Shown here: in pieces, positions 17,888 to 26,609 of the stretch
Numbering within the stretch: position 1 is the first letter of the stretch
Layout: each line of letters begins with the position of its first letter
From: a bacterium
GTDB taxonomy: Bacteria; Patescibacteriota; Minisyncoccia; Phycocordibacterales; Phycocordibacteraceae
Direction: 5' to 3'
Assembly: GCA_023269085.1 (NCBI GenBank)
Contig: JAHFML010000003.1
Span: 52,863-116,862, forward strand
DNA: 64,000 nt
Notes under the pieces: model-generated
What the model was told of the DNA's origin: nothing
The model's input: only the letters and a program-made list of their open reading frames with translations
Databases searched by the model: none
Made by a program: the position numbers and the translations under genes

Positions 17888-18604
17888 ATGTTGACCGACT
17901 CTCGCACCATCGCTCAAGCATACGGTCTTGGGCAAAAAGTTTTCTCCGCCGGCGAGGTTGCCGGTATGACGCCAGAGCTTTGGAATGCTCTGGCTCAAGA
18001 CGCGCGATTGTTTGCGCAGCTTCCGGCGATGATCCGCGGCTCTTTGGCGGATGCGTTGGCTGAACAGCGCGAACAGCAACCCAAGTTCTTCACTCACATC
18101 GCGACGACCAACCTTGCCGCGACTGTGGGCAAAAAGACGAGGAAGTGTTTCGTTGGCAGTCGCTATACGTATCGCGACAACGACTTCGACAACTGGCTTC
18201 CCGCCAATCAGCCATCCGCCGATGCCTGCGTTATCACAACGCTTGCTTCTGAGCAGGACTGGACGTTTGCCGAAGCCGCTGCCAAAGTCCTAGGTGTTGG
18301 CGCTGGCACGAACATCATCTTGCTCGGCAAAGCGCTCATCGAGAACGGTCATATCATGACCTTGGCGCAAGCTGAAGAAATGATCGAAGCCAACGAGCAC
18401 GGCGAGAACACCGGTATGCACCGCGATGGTCGGGGCAATTTCTTCTTCGTGGAAACGGAGGACGAAAATAATCCCGTCTCGGTTGGCGGCGTCGGTCGCG
18501 TTGAGCGCGCTTGGGTCGCGTACGTCGGCTGGCTCGTCAGCGGCGATCGCTGGGACGCTGGCGGTCGGCTCCTCGTCCGCAACTTGGACGCTTCGAAACT
18601 CTGA
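17888..18604 (+). CDS. DGR-1 target protein with C-terminal variable region
   Basis: SD AAAGGAGA 7 nt upstream of ATG 17888; C-terminal 36 codons form the VR. Confidence 0.75.
   Translation: MLTDSRTIAQAYGLGQKVFSAGEVAGMTPELWNALAQDARLFAQLPAMIRGSLADALAEQREQQPKFFTHIATTNLAATVGKKTRKCFVGSRYTYRDNDFDNWLPANQPSADACVITTLASEQDWTFAEAAAKVLGVGAGTNIILLGKALIENGHIMTLAQAEEMIEANEHGENTGMHRDGRGNFFFVETEDENNPVSVGGVGRVERAWVAYVGWLVSGDRWDAGGRLLVRNLDASKL
18475..18583 (+). repeat. DGR-1 variable repeat (VR)
   Basis: 109 nt aligning to the TR at 18863..18971; ~20 mismatches, 19 at TR adenines. Confidence 0.9.
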
Positions 18605-18862
18605 CACTTGGTCTCTTTCGAGTGTCCTCTAATTACTCCTCTCACGTATTACGCGTGCGAGGAGTATACTTTTGTCTGAACACGCTGGCATCTTCGGTTC
18701 CCAAACTTGAGGTGGCGAGGTTCCGGGTAAGTTCACCCGAAAAAAGAAATATAAGTTGGTGTGTCGCGCTGGTGGGCTCACGGCCCCGAATAAGATACAG
18801 CTCAGAGAGCATTCGATGGGTGGTAACCTTCGCTGGTGGTAAGGATGGTGCGACACACAAAG

Positions 18863-18971
18863 CGTCTCGGTTGGCAACGTCAATCGCGATGAGCGCGATT
18901 GGAACGCGAACGTCAACCGGCTCGACAACGACAATCGCTGGAACGCTGACAATCGGCTCCTCGTCCGCAAC
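18863..18971 (+). repeat. DGR-1 template repeat (TR)
   Basis: Intergenic; rich in AAC/AAT/GAC codons in the VR frame; all but one difference from the VR are at adenines. Confidence 0.9.
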
Positions 18972-18976
18972 AGATC

Positions 18977-19336
18977 TTACTTTCTCTCGCTTTCTGCGGG
19001 AGTTTTCTTTTCAAGATATGAACGCCATGCGACCAGCATTTTGCTTGCATCAACAAGTAGTCCGCTTATACGTACATGTTGAGCGTTCGTAATCGCATTA
19101 CTCTCCCACCCGACAAGTAGAAGGAATTTCGCCACATCGAGTCGGGCAATTGAGATGTTGAGCGCAGAAATCTTTTGCGCGGACGGAAGATATGCCGCAG
19201 AAAAGGCAGATTCAAGCGTGTCGAGAAGAGCCGTGTCAATTCTCGTACCGATAGTCTGTCGCTTCGTTTTGGCAACGTGAGGGAGTGCTGCTTGCCAAGC
19301 GAGATACGCCTCCTTCAATTTCGATACTACGGGCAC
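18977..19336 (-). CDS. avd: Accessory variability determinant (Avd) homologue, DGR-1
   Basis: 119-aa four-helix-bundle-type protein; resembles Bordetella phage Avd; homologous to the 55141..55509 ORF; GTG start. Confidence 0.7.
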   Translation of the reverse strand: MPVVSKLKEAYLAWQAALPHVAKTKRQTIGTRIDTALLDTLESAFSAAYLPSAQKISALNISIARLDVAKFLLLVGWESNAITNAQHVRISGLLVDASKMLVAWRSYLEKKTPAESERK

Positions 19337-19361
19337 GAGCTTTTCTTGTTGCGGAAACGTC

Positions 19362-19373
19362 GGGGGGGGGGGG
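19362..19373 (+). repeat. Homopolymeric G12 tract in the 50-nt divergent avd/RT intergenic region
   Basis: cgtcGGGGGGGGGGGGtacgttcagaagaATG; lies 14 nt upstream of the RT ATG and 26 nt upstream of the avd start. Confidence 0.95.
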
Positions 19374-19386
19374 TACGTTCAGAAGA

Positions 19387-20409
19387 ATGGATAGAATAAA
19401 TATCACTCATTCCTTCGACAATATCACCTTGGTAGATAATTTGCTCGACGCGTGGAAAGAATTCTTGCGCGGCAAACAGAAGAGGAAAGACGTGCAAGTA
19501 TTCGGATATAATCTAATTGAAAATATAAAAAGCATCCACGCGGACCTCATTTCCGGCATCTACCAGCACGGCCAGTACGAGCACTTCAAAATCAACGACC
19601 CAAAGCCCCGCGACATCCACAAAGCGAGCGTGCGCGACCGGCTCGTGCACCATGCCATTTATCGCATTCTCTACCCATTCTTCGATCGCACTTTTATCAG
19701 CGACTCCTACTCCTGCCGCAATGGGAAGGGGACGCACAAAGCCATGAATCGCTTTAGAGCCTTTGCGCGCAAAGTATCGAAGAATGACACGCGCACTGCT
19801 TGGGTCTTGAAGTGCGACATACGCAAGTTCTTCGCATCGATTGATCAGCCAACGCTCCTCGCCCTCTTGAGAGAACGCATTTCAGACGAACGCACCCTGC
19901 TACTCCTGCAACGAGTTATCGAGAGCTTCTCAAGTACAGCGAGAGGGAAAGGCCTCCCGCTCGGCAATCTCACCTCACAGCTCCTCGTGAACATCTACAT
20001 GAACGAGTCCGATCAATTCGTGAAGCATATACTCAAAGCGAAATACTATATCCGCTATGCCGATGACTTCGTATTCATCTCCCACGATCGCAGAGAACTC
20101 GAGGCGCTTCTGCCTCGTGTCGATGCCTTTTTGCGCGACCGGCTCAAGCTCGAATTGCACCCGAATAAAGTCTCAATCGCCACGCTCGCTTCGGGTATCG
20201 ACTTCTTGGGCTGGGTGCATTTCTCTGACCATCGCGTCTTGCGAGGCGCGACGAAGCGACGGATGTTGCGGAGGATTGAAGAGACGAGCGACAAGCCGGA
20301 GGTGATGAGCTCGTATCTGGGGATGCTAGAGCATGGAAATGGGTACAAGTTGCGAGAAGAGATTATGTATTTGCATACACTCACCGAGGCGCGTACCATG
20401 GTGGCATGA
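19387..20409 (+). CDS. DGR-type reverse transcriptase, DGR-1
   Basis: RT motifs including YADD and the DGR-characteristic LGNLTSQ (motif 4, in place of the group II QGxxxSP); start could alternatively be the upstream in-frame ATG at 19285. Confidence 0.9.
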   Translation: MDRINITHSFDNITLVDNLLDAWKEFLRGKQKRKDVQVFGYNLIENIKSIHADLISGIYQHGQYEHFKINDPKPRDIHKASVRDRLVHHAIYRILYPFFDRTFISDSYSCRNGKGTHKAMNRFRAFARKVSKNDTRTAWVLKCDIRKFFASIDQPTLLALLRERISDERTLLLLQRVIESFSSTARGKGLPLGNLTSQLLVNIYMNESDQFVKHILKAKYYIRYADDFVFISHDRRELEALLPRVDAFLRDRLKLELHPNKVSIATLASGIDFLGWVHFSDHRVLRGATKRRMLRRIEETSDKPEVMSSYLGMLEHGNGYKLREEIMYLHTLTEARTMVA

Positions 20410-20903
20410 AGCGTATCTTGGTTGCAACCATACTTTTTCTCGCGTTCTGCGGGCTCTCGGATTCGGTCTATCTCGCCGAGCACGAGGCGACCAGCACGCC
20501 GCTCGTCTGCAATATTCAGGGTCTTACCGGTTGTAACATCGTCGCGACAAGTTCCTACTCGCACCTCTTCGGCATCCCGACGGCACAGCTCGGCATTGCG
20601 TTCTACAGCGTTCTCTTCATTATCGCCGCGCTCGAACTCGCGCTTTTCACCAAGGTCTTGCGTCGCGCGCTGCAAGGGCTCTCGCTTGTCGGCACGGTCG
20701 CCTCGGTTGTCTTTGTTGGCCTGCAAGTCTTCGTGATTCACGCCTACTGCATCTATTGCCTTGCGTCAGCGATTATTGAAGTCATCATCTTCGCGCTCGC
20801 GCTCGGTATCGAGCCGGTCGAGGTGAAGGACAAAAAGAGGAATGAACCGCCGCTAGCTCCTCCGCAGTTTGAGTCGCACCTGTCGATGCCGCCACTTTCG
20901 TAG
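20406..20903 (+). CDS. VKOR-family thiol-disulfide oxidoreductase (membrane)
   Basis: Loop cysteines CNIQGLTGC and TM CxxC (CIYC); 4-5 TM. Confidence 0.65.
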   Translation: MKRILVATILFLAFCGLSDSVYLAEHEATSTPLVCNIQGLTGCNIVATSSYSHLFGIPTAQLGIAFYSVLFIIAALELALFTKVLRRALQGLSLVGTVASVVFVGLQVFVIHAYCIYCLASAIIEVIIFALALGIEPVEVKDKKRNEPPLAPPQFESHLSMPPLS

Positions 20904-20905
20904 AT

Positions 20906-22069
20906 ATGCGTTCCACATTTCTCACCCTCCTCGCCGCACTCATGCTCCCGACGAGTGCTCTGGCCGCACCTGCGGCGACGAAGCCAGCGTCCTTCTCGGC
21001 GGCGCAGTCGCTCACGGCCGCGAGCTCGTCTCCTGGGAATGCGTATGTCGCGGGCGCGTCGGTCGTCCTCACCGCACCCGTGGCGGGCGATCTCTCGGCA
21101 GTGGCCGGCTCGCTCGTGACGGCCGCGCCTGTTGGCGGCGACGATCTACTCCTCGCCGGCTCGATCAATTCTCGGGCGAGCGTCGCGGGCGATGTCCGTG
21201 CCGTGGGCGGGAGTATTGCTATTGACGCGCCCGTCGCCGGCGATCTCTTTGCAGTCGGCCTCACGGTGCAGGACAGCGGTCGGGTCGGGGGGAGCGTGTT
21301 TATCATCGGCGCGAACACGACGCTCGCGAATGGTGCTGCCGGGCCAGTAACGATTTATGCGAATAATATATCGCTTGGTGGCATCTTCACGGGAGATGTG
21401 CAGTTGAGTGCGATAGGGCATATCGCGCTCTTGCCGGGTACGGTGATTCGCGGGAAGCTGATCTATGACGCTCCCGAGCGGGCGGTCATCCCGGCGACGG
21501 CGGAGATCATCGGCGATACAGTGTATACGAATACCTCCTATCTCCCTGACACGAACGCTTCGCAGATGCTTGCCTTCGCGAGCGTTGGGTTCTTCATTAT
21601 CGTACGCATTGTCGGTGCATTGCTTCTCGCTGGCCTTCTCGCCGGTCTCTTCCCGAGCTTCGCCGACACGATTGCTGACCAGATGGTGCTGATGCCGCGA
21701 CGTAGTCTCTTCTTGACGATACTTCTCGGTTTCGCTGGTATCGTCGCAACGCCGGTGGTCATCGGCGTGCTCTCGCTCACCTTCGTCGGCATTGGTCTCG
21801 CGCTCCTACTGCTTGTCTTGTATGCACTCTTCATTCTGCTCGCTTTCCTCTATGCGGGCATCATTGCGGGTACGCTTCTCACGCGACAGTTCCTGCATCG
21901 CGAGCAAGTCTTGTGGCACGACGGCGTGCTCGGTATGACGCTCGTTTCGCTCATTGGGCTCGTGCCGATTGTCGGCGTGTGGGCACTCGCACTCTTCGTA
22001 TTCTTGACGCTCGGCATACTTCTACGACTTTGTTTCGTCTTTGCTTTTTCGCATGACGGTCGTGATTGA
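20906..22069 (+). CDS. Signal-peptide protein with bactofilin-like (polymer-forming) repeats and C-terminal multi-TM anchor
   Basis: Signal peptide MRSTFLTLLAALMLPTSALA; repeated AGDxxAVGGS... units; 4-5 C-terminal TM helices. Confidence 0.5.
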   Translation: MRSTFLTLLAALMLPTSALAAPAATKPASFSAAQSLTAASSSPGNAYVAGASVVLTAPVAGDLSAVAGSLVTAAPVGGDDLLLAGSINSRASVAGDVRAVGGSIAIDAPVAGDLFAVGLTVQDSGRVGGSVFIIGANTTLANGAAGPVTIYANNISLGGIFTGDVQLSAIGHIALLPGTVIRGKLIYDAPERAVIPATAEIIGDTVYTNTSYLPDTNASQMLAFASVGFFIIVRIVGALLLAGLLAGLFPSFADTIADQMVLMPRRSLFLTILLGFAGIVATPVVIGVLSLTFVGIGLALLLLVLYALFILLAFLYAGIIAGTLLTRQFLHREQVLWHDGVLGMTLVSLIGLVPIVGVWALALFVFLTLGILLRLCFVFAFSHDGRD

Positions 22070-22088
22070 GGGACTTTCAGAACGGAAG

Positions 22089-22727
22089 ATGCGCGCGAAG
22101 AAGATTGTCGCGTATCTGAAGAAGGCGTATCCGGAGCCCTCGAGCGAGCTGAACCACGAGACGCCGTTTCAATTTGTCGTCGCGGTCGTGCTCTCGGCGC
22201 AGTGTTCCGATAAGGCGGTGAACAGAGTGACGGCAGAGCTTTTCAAAAAATATAAAACACCTCGCGACTTTGCCGCCGCGAATCTCGCGACGTTTACGAA
22301 AGAGATTTCATCGGTGACCTTCTTCCGTAACAAGGCAAAAGCGATTATTGTGACGGCGAAAGAGGTAGAGGCGCGGCACGACTCTGTCGTGCCGCGCACC
22401 GAATCTGAACTTGTCGCCCTCCCCGGTATCGGCTACAAGACCGCGCATGTGGTCTTGGGCGAGCTCTATGACCTCTGGGAGGGGATCGCGACCGACACGC
22501 ATGTGAAGCGCTTCGCGCTCCGCTTCGACCTCACGAGCGAGACGGACCCGACGAAGATTTCAAAAGCGCTCGAAGCGCTCATATCAAAAAAAGATTGGAA
22601 GTATGTGAACAATGGCCTTGTTCTCTATGGCCGCTATGTTTGCCCGGCCCGCCCGCATGACTGCGCCTCGCATCCTCTGACCCTCCTCTATCCGCCCGCC
22701 GCGCTCCGGTGGGTAAAAGTGAAATAA
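22089..22727 (+). CDS. nth: Endonuclease III
   Basis: HhH-GPD motif (LVALPGIGYKTAHVVL), catalytic Lys/Asp, C-terminal Cys cluster. Confidence 0.88.
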   Translation: MRAKKIVAYLKKAYPEPSSELNHETPFQFVVAVVLSAQCSDKAVNRVTAELFKKYKTPRDFAAANLATFTKEISSVTFFRNKAKAIIVTAKEVEARHDSVVPRTESELVALPGIGYKTAHVVLGELYDLWEGIATDTHVKRFALRFDLTSETDPTKISKALEALISKKDWKYVNNGLVLYGRYVCPARPHDCASHPLTLLYPPAALRWVKVK

Positions 22728-22740
22728 GTGGACTGAAGAT

Positions 22741-23783
22741 TCCCCTTTGAAATGCAATTGCTCTAACATGGAGCAATATGCAAAAGCGCCAAGAATTCAA
22801 ACATTTACAACAGAAGGACAGAGACCGTATTCATGATCTGTATCTGTTCGGCCACAGCCAGAAAGGCATCGCGGAAGTACTCGGGGTGAGCCCGGGCACC
22901 ATCTCGCGAGAACTGAAGCGGTATGACAAACGCACCTGGCGGTACTCCGCCACGAGAGCGCAAGAGGACGCAGAGCTGAAGCGTCTGCACAGCAAGCGCC
23001 CCGGCATGAAGATTGCCGAGAACCACGCACTGCGCCAGCAGGTCATTCAAGAACTAAAGAAACTCCGTTCCCCAGACGAGATTGCGGGACGCATGAAGAA
23101 AGAGGGAGTGTCACCACGAGTCGGCAAGAACGCTATATACAAATGGCTGTACAGCGAGGACGGCAAAGCATACTGTCGGTATCTCTGCACCAAACGAACC
23201 AAACCAAGAGGGCGTCGGTACCTTGAGGCACGTGTCCTCATTCCCGATCGAAAGTCCCACAGAACAAGGCCGGATTCCCCAGGGCTCATCCATACCGAAG
23301 GAGACTTGTTCGTATCACCACAAAAGTCAGGATCAACTGTATGTGGCCTTCTCGTGGTGGAAAAAGAGAGCAAGCTATACTCGGGTGCGCTCATTTCAAA
23401 CAAGAGCGCCGCGTTCATCGTACCCGCAATGCGACGAGCAACCCGAGCCGTCAGTGCAGACACCTGTACGCTCGACAATGGCATTGAGAACATCTGCCAT
23501 CGAAACTTCGACGTGGACACCTACTTCTGCGACCCAGGGACACCGACCCAGAAGCCGGATGTTGAGGGGTCAATCGGGCTCGTACGTCGCTGGTTCCTGC
23601 CAAAAGGAACTGACCTGTCCACCGTCTCCAATGAGACATACCAGTCGCAACTGCACCTGCTGAATCACAAGTATCGGAGGTCGCTCGGATACCGGAGTGC
23701 GTATGAAGACGCCCTTGAGCGAGGTATCATCAAACGAGTGCCGAGGGTTTCATTACAAATGGCGATTGCATTTCGCTAGGGAA
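22741..23783. mobile_element. IS30-family insertion sequence (~1.04 kb)
   Basis: Imperfect terminal IRs (CCCTTTGAAATGCAATTGC ... GCGATTGCATTTCGCTAGGG) bracket a single transposase ORF. Confidence 0.75.
22778..23779 (+). CDS. IS30-family DDE transposase
   Basis: N-terminal HTH (HSQKGIAEVLGVSPGTISRELKR), C-terminal DDE-type catalytic domain; ORF ends inside the right IR. Confidence 0.85.
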   Translation: MQKRQEFKHLQQKDRDRIHDLYLFGHSQKGIAEVLGVSPGTISRELKRYDKRTWRYSATRAQEDAELKRLHSKRPGMKIAENHALRQQVIQELKKLRSPDEIAGRMKKEGVSPRVGKNAIYKWLYSEDGKAYCRYLCTKRTKPRGRRYLEARVLIPDRKSHRTRPDSPGLIHTEGDLFVSPQKSGSTVCGLLVVEKESKLYSGALISNKSAAFIVPAMRRATRAVSADTCTLDNGIENICHRNFDVDTYFCDPGTPTQKPDVEGSIGLVRRWFLPKGTDLSTVSNETYQSQLHLLNHKYRRSLGYRSAYEDALERGIIKRVPRVSLQMAIAFR

Positions 23784-23898
23784 TTTACAGACAAAAAAGT
23801 TTGCGCGCTAGGCAAGAAGGTGTATAGTAAAAGTCTAACCGCACCACCTCTGTCTTCGGGCAGGGGTGGTTTGTTTCTGGAGGGAGTATACTAAAAAA

Positions 23899-24462
23899 AT
23901 GGTTTTGAACTTGAAAGAACGAGCGGCTGTTTATATCGACGGGAGCAACACTTACAACAAATTAAAATCTCTTGGGTTGCCGGAAAGTACGAAGAGGTTC
24001 GATTTCTCCGCGTTTGTGTCGCATATCGTCGGGGAACGATCTCTGGTCTCTCAAAGGTACTATGTCGGGATTGTTCGTAATCATGACACTACCGAAAAGA
24101 GCGAGACGCTTGTGCGCAAGCAACAGCAATTCTTGGAAACGCTACGGCTATCAGGATTTGAAATCAAACCGGGGAAAATCATGTATGACGGTGGTCGCAT
24201 ACGAGAAAAAGGTGTCGATGTAAAATTGGCGATTGATTTGGTCATTGGTGCGGCGGAAGATTTATACGACATCGCGATTGTCATCAGCTCAGATACTGAT
24301 CTTATACCGGCAATAAAATATGTTTTGAACGGAAAGAACAAGAAGGTCGAGTATGTTGGATTCGCTGGCGCGCCCTCACTCGGGATGAGTAAGGAGTGCA
24401 GTACGCAACGCCTTTTCTCGAAAGAGGATCTTTCCCCGTTTCAATTCCTTAAAGAAAATTAA
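23899..24462 (+). CDS. NYN-domain (LabA-like) putative RNase
   Basis: AVYIDGSN...VDVKLAIDLV...ISSDTDLIPAI NYN/PIN-like motifs. Confidence 0.75.
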   Translation: MVLNLKERAAVYIDGSNTYNKLKSLGLPESTKRFDFSAFVSHIVGERSLVSQRYYVGIVRNHDTTEKSETLVRKQQQFLETLRLSGFEIKPGKIMYDGGRIREKGVDVKLAIDLVIGAAEDLYDIAIVISSDTDLIPAIKYVLNGKNKKVEYVGFAGAPSLGMSKECSTQRLFSKEDLSPFQFLKEN

Positions 24463-25299
24463 ATGTTAGCAGTATCGAAATTCAGAACGACCGTGTGGCG
24501 CTACTACCGAGAGCAGGGGCGGCATGATTTGCCGTGGAGGAAGACGCAGGATTTGTATCACATTCTCGTTTCTGAAGTGATGTTGCAACAGACGCAGGTA
24601 CATCGGGTACTCCCGATGTATGCCGAGTTCACGAAGCGTTTCCCGACGGCGCGGCGGCTTGCCGCCGCGCCGCTCTCTGAAGTGCTCAAAGTGTGGCAAG
24701 GGCTCGGCTACAATCGCCGCGCGAAAATGTTGCACCAAGCGGCGAAGGAAATTGAAGCACGCCCGACAAGGTTCGACCTTGAGGATTCGGATGTAAGGTC
24801 GAACCTTGTCGGGCGGCTCGAGGCGTTGCCCGGGGTGGGGCACTACACCGCGCGAGCCGTCGCGGCCTTCGCCTACAACGAAGACACCATCGTCATTGAG
24901 ACGAATATTCGCACGGCGGTTATCCATCACTTTTTTGCCGAGAGAACCGACAAAGTCTCGGATGCGGAAATTACTGAAGTACTCGCGCGCGCCCTGCCGC
25001 GAGGCGGGGCGCGCGACTGGTACAGCGCGCTCATGGACTATGGCGCGCACTTAAAGCAGATCGGCATCTCGCACAATGCCCGCACACAGGCGTCGGCGAA
25101 GCAGTCGAAGTTCGCGGGTTCGCTCAGGCAAGCGCGCGGGGCTCTCTTGCGAGAGCTCGCGCGCGGCGCGCAGAGCGCGCCGCATCTCCGCAACCTTTTG
25201 GGCGTCGACCGGCGCGACCAGGTGAACGCCGCTCTCAACGCGCTCCTCACCGAAGGCTTTCTGCAAAAAGAAAAAGGGAAGTATCGCCTTGCCGGCTAA
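24463..25299 (+). CDS. HhH-GPD DNA glycosylase (MutY/Nth-like) with C-terminal winged-helix-like domain
   Basis: LVSEVMLQQTQVHRVLPMY...LPGVGHYTARAVAAFAY HhH-GPD; no obvious 4Fe-4S Cys cluster. Confidence 0.7.
   Translation: MLAVSKFRTTVWRYYREQGRHDLPWRKTQDLYHILVSEVMLQQTQVHRVLPMYAEFTKRFPTARRLAAAPLSEVLKVWQGLGYNRRAKMLHQAAKEIEARPTRFDLEDSDVRSNLVGRLEALPGVGHYTARAVAAFAYNEDTIVIETNIRTAVIHHFFAERTDKVSDAEITEVLARALPRGGARDWYSALMDYGAHLKQIGISHNARTQASAKQSKFAGSLRQARGALLRELARGAQSAPHLRNLLGVDRRDQVNAALNALLTEGFLQKEKGKYRLAG
24762..24813 (+). repeat. In-frame perfect palindrome (19-bp arms, 14-nt spacer) inside the glycosylase gene
   Basis: cccgacaaggttcgacctt gaggattcggatgt aaggtcgaaccttgtcggg. Confidence 0.9.
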
Positions 25300-26477
25300 C
25301 GGAAATCTTTGATACACAAGGTTGCGATGGTGCCCGCGATCATGACGAATCCGCCCGTGAGCGCGAAGAAAAGCGGATAATTATAGTGACTGCAAAATAG
25401 GATTAGCGTGCCTGCGAGCGGTGCGAGTATGTTCGAGAGTGGCCACACGCCGCGGAAGACGCTCACTGACACGATGTCTTGTTCGGAGACACGGCGGAAG
25501 AAGTGCCCCTCGGTCATACTCTCGATCAAGGCCGCGCCGACGCGAGTTGCGAGCAGAACGGTGATGATAACGAGCACTGATGAGTGCGCGGTGATGAGGC
25601 CGATCGACGAGAGCGCCGCCCCTGCAATGATGAAGCCCGCGAGCATCATCTCCTTGTCGCCGAGGACACGATCGGCGACCCATCCGGCGGGATATTCGAT
25701 AAGGACATAGGGCAGAAGCATGAGCGAGAAGACCCAGCCGAGCTCGCTCCACGGGAGGCCGAGCACGCCGTGGAGGTAGACCGGCACATAGAGCGGCGCC
25801 CACATATAGAACATATACAAAATAAGATGGCCGATAGTGACTGCCGCGAGGTCGCGATTGTGCACGAGGTGGTGGAGCGTGTCGTGCACATGAGAGGGAT
25901 TGGGCGCCGTTCCATGGGGCAATTTGCGGAGCGAGAAGATGACGATGAAAGGCACGAGCACTGCGGCGGCGGTGAAGAAGACGAACGAGTAGCTCTCGGT
26001 CGACGCGAGCAGGGTGCCGATAAGAAGCGGCGCGACAAGGGAGCCGAGGTTGCCGCCGGTGAGGAACAATGTCCGTGCGCGGCCAGTCGTGCTCTCGCCG
26101 TCTATCGTCGCTTCGAGGAGAAGGTCGAGGCCGTAGTAGAGAATAGGCTGGAGTGATATGACGAGCACGACAAAAATCGCGCTCGCGATCGTGCTCGGCG
26201 CCGCCGCGACCGCGAAGAGCAGGATCATCGTGGTGAAGACTGAGGCGAGTGTGAGCCACTGAGCGCCCGTGCGCGCGACGATGCGCGGCAAGAAGAAGAA
26301 GAGTGCGAGCGCGGCCGCCGCGCCGAGCGCGATCGCGAAGCCGATGAGTGCCGCGGGGATGAAGGTGAGGAGATACGAGATGAGCGTGTAGCTCACCAAG
26401 GTTGATGAGACCGCGATAAAAAAGTTCCCGAGAAATAGCGTCGTCCGTGCGGGCATGGTTATCGTAGAGTTTAGCAT
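25296..26477 (-). CDS. MFS transporter
   Basis: 12 TM; start uncertain (26477 or 26456). Confidence 0.8.
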   Translation of the reverse strand: MLNSTITMPARTTLFLGNFFIAVSSTLVSYTLISYLLTFIPAALIGFAIALGAAAALALFFFLPRIVARTGAQWLTLASVFTTMILLFAVAAAPSTIASAIFVVLVISLQPILYYGLDLLLEATIDGESTTGRARTLFLTGGNLGSLVAPLLIGTLLASTESYSFVFFTAAAVLVPFIVIFSLRKLPHGTAPNPSHVHDTLHHLVHNRDLAAVTIGHLILYMFYMWAPLYVPVYLHGVLGLPWSELGWVFSLMLLPYVLIEYPAGWVADRVLGDKEMMLAGFIIAGAALSSIGLITAHSSVLVIITVLLATRVGAALIESMTEGHFFRRVSEQDIVSVSVFRGVWPLSNILAPLAGTLILFCSHYNYPLFFALTGGFVMIAGTIATLCIKDFR

Positions 26478-26492
26478 GAACGAAATCAATTT

Positions 26493-26517
26493 CGGGTGGA
26501 CACTAGGTGTCCACCCG
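26493..26517 (+). repeat. 25-bp inverted-repeat element copy 1 (cgggtggacac-tag-gtgtccacccg)
   Basis: 11-bp perfect arms with a 3-nt spacer; 4 copies in the window. Confidence 0.95.
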
Positions 26518-26609
26518 TGTGTTTGCATATTGTCGCGCTCTGTGGCATGCTCACAGCGGACCCCGAGACGCGTTTTGGGGATGTTCCACAAACTGTGAAG
26601 GAGAAAATC

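Noticed and set aside
18511-19092. 193-aa ORF spanning the DGR-1 TR (and analogous 54866..55456 ORF spanning the DGR-2 TR)
   Set aside because: They arise because the TR repeats an ORF-like VR sequence; they overlap avd on the opposite strand and lack start signals. Treated as non-coding TR regions.
19285-20409. Reverse transcriptases initially looked like group II intron-encoded RTs
   Set aside because: No intron RNA domains or maturase/endonuclease domains; motif 4 is the DGR-type LGNLTSQ; each RT is accompanied by TR/VR pairs with adenine-specific mismatches and an Avd homologue, so they were classified as DGR RTs.
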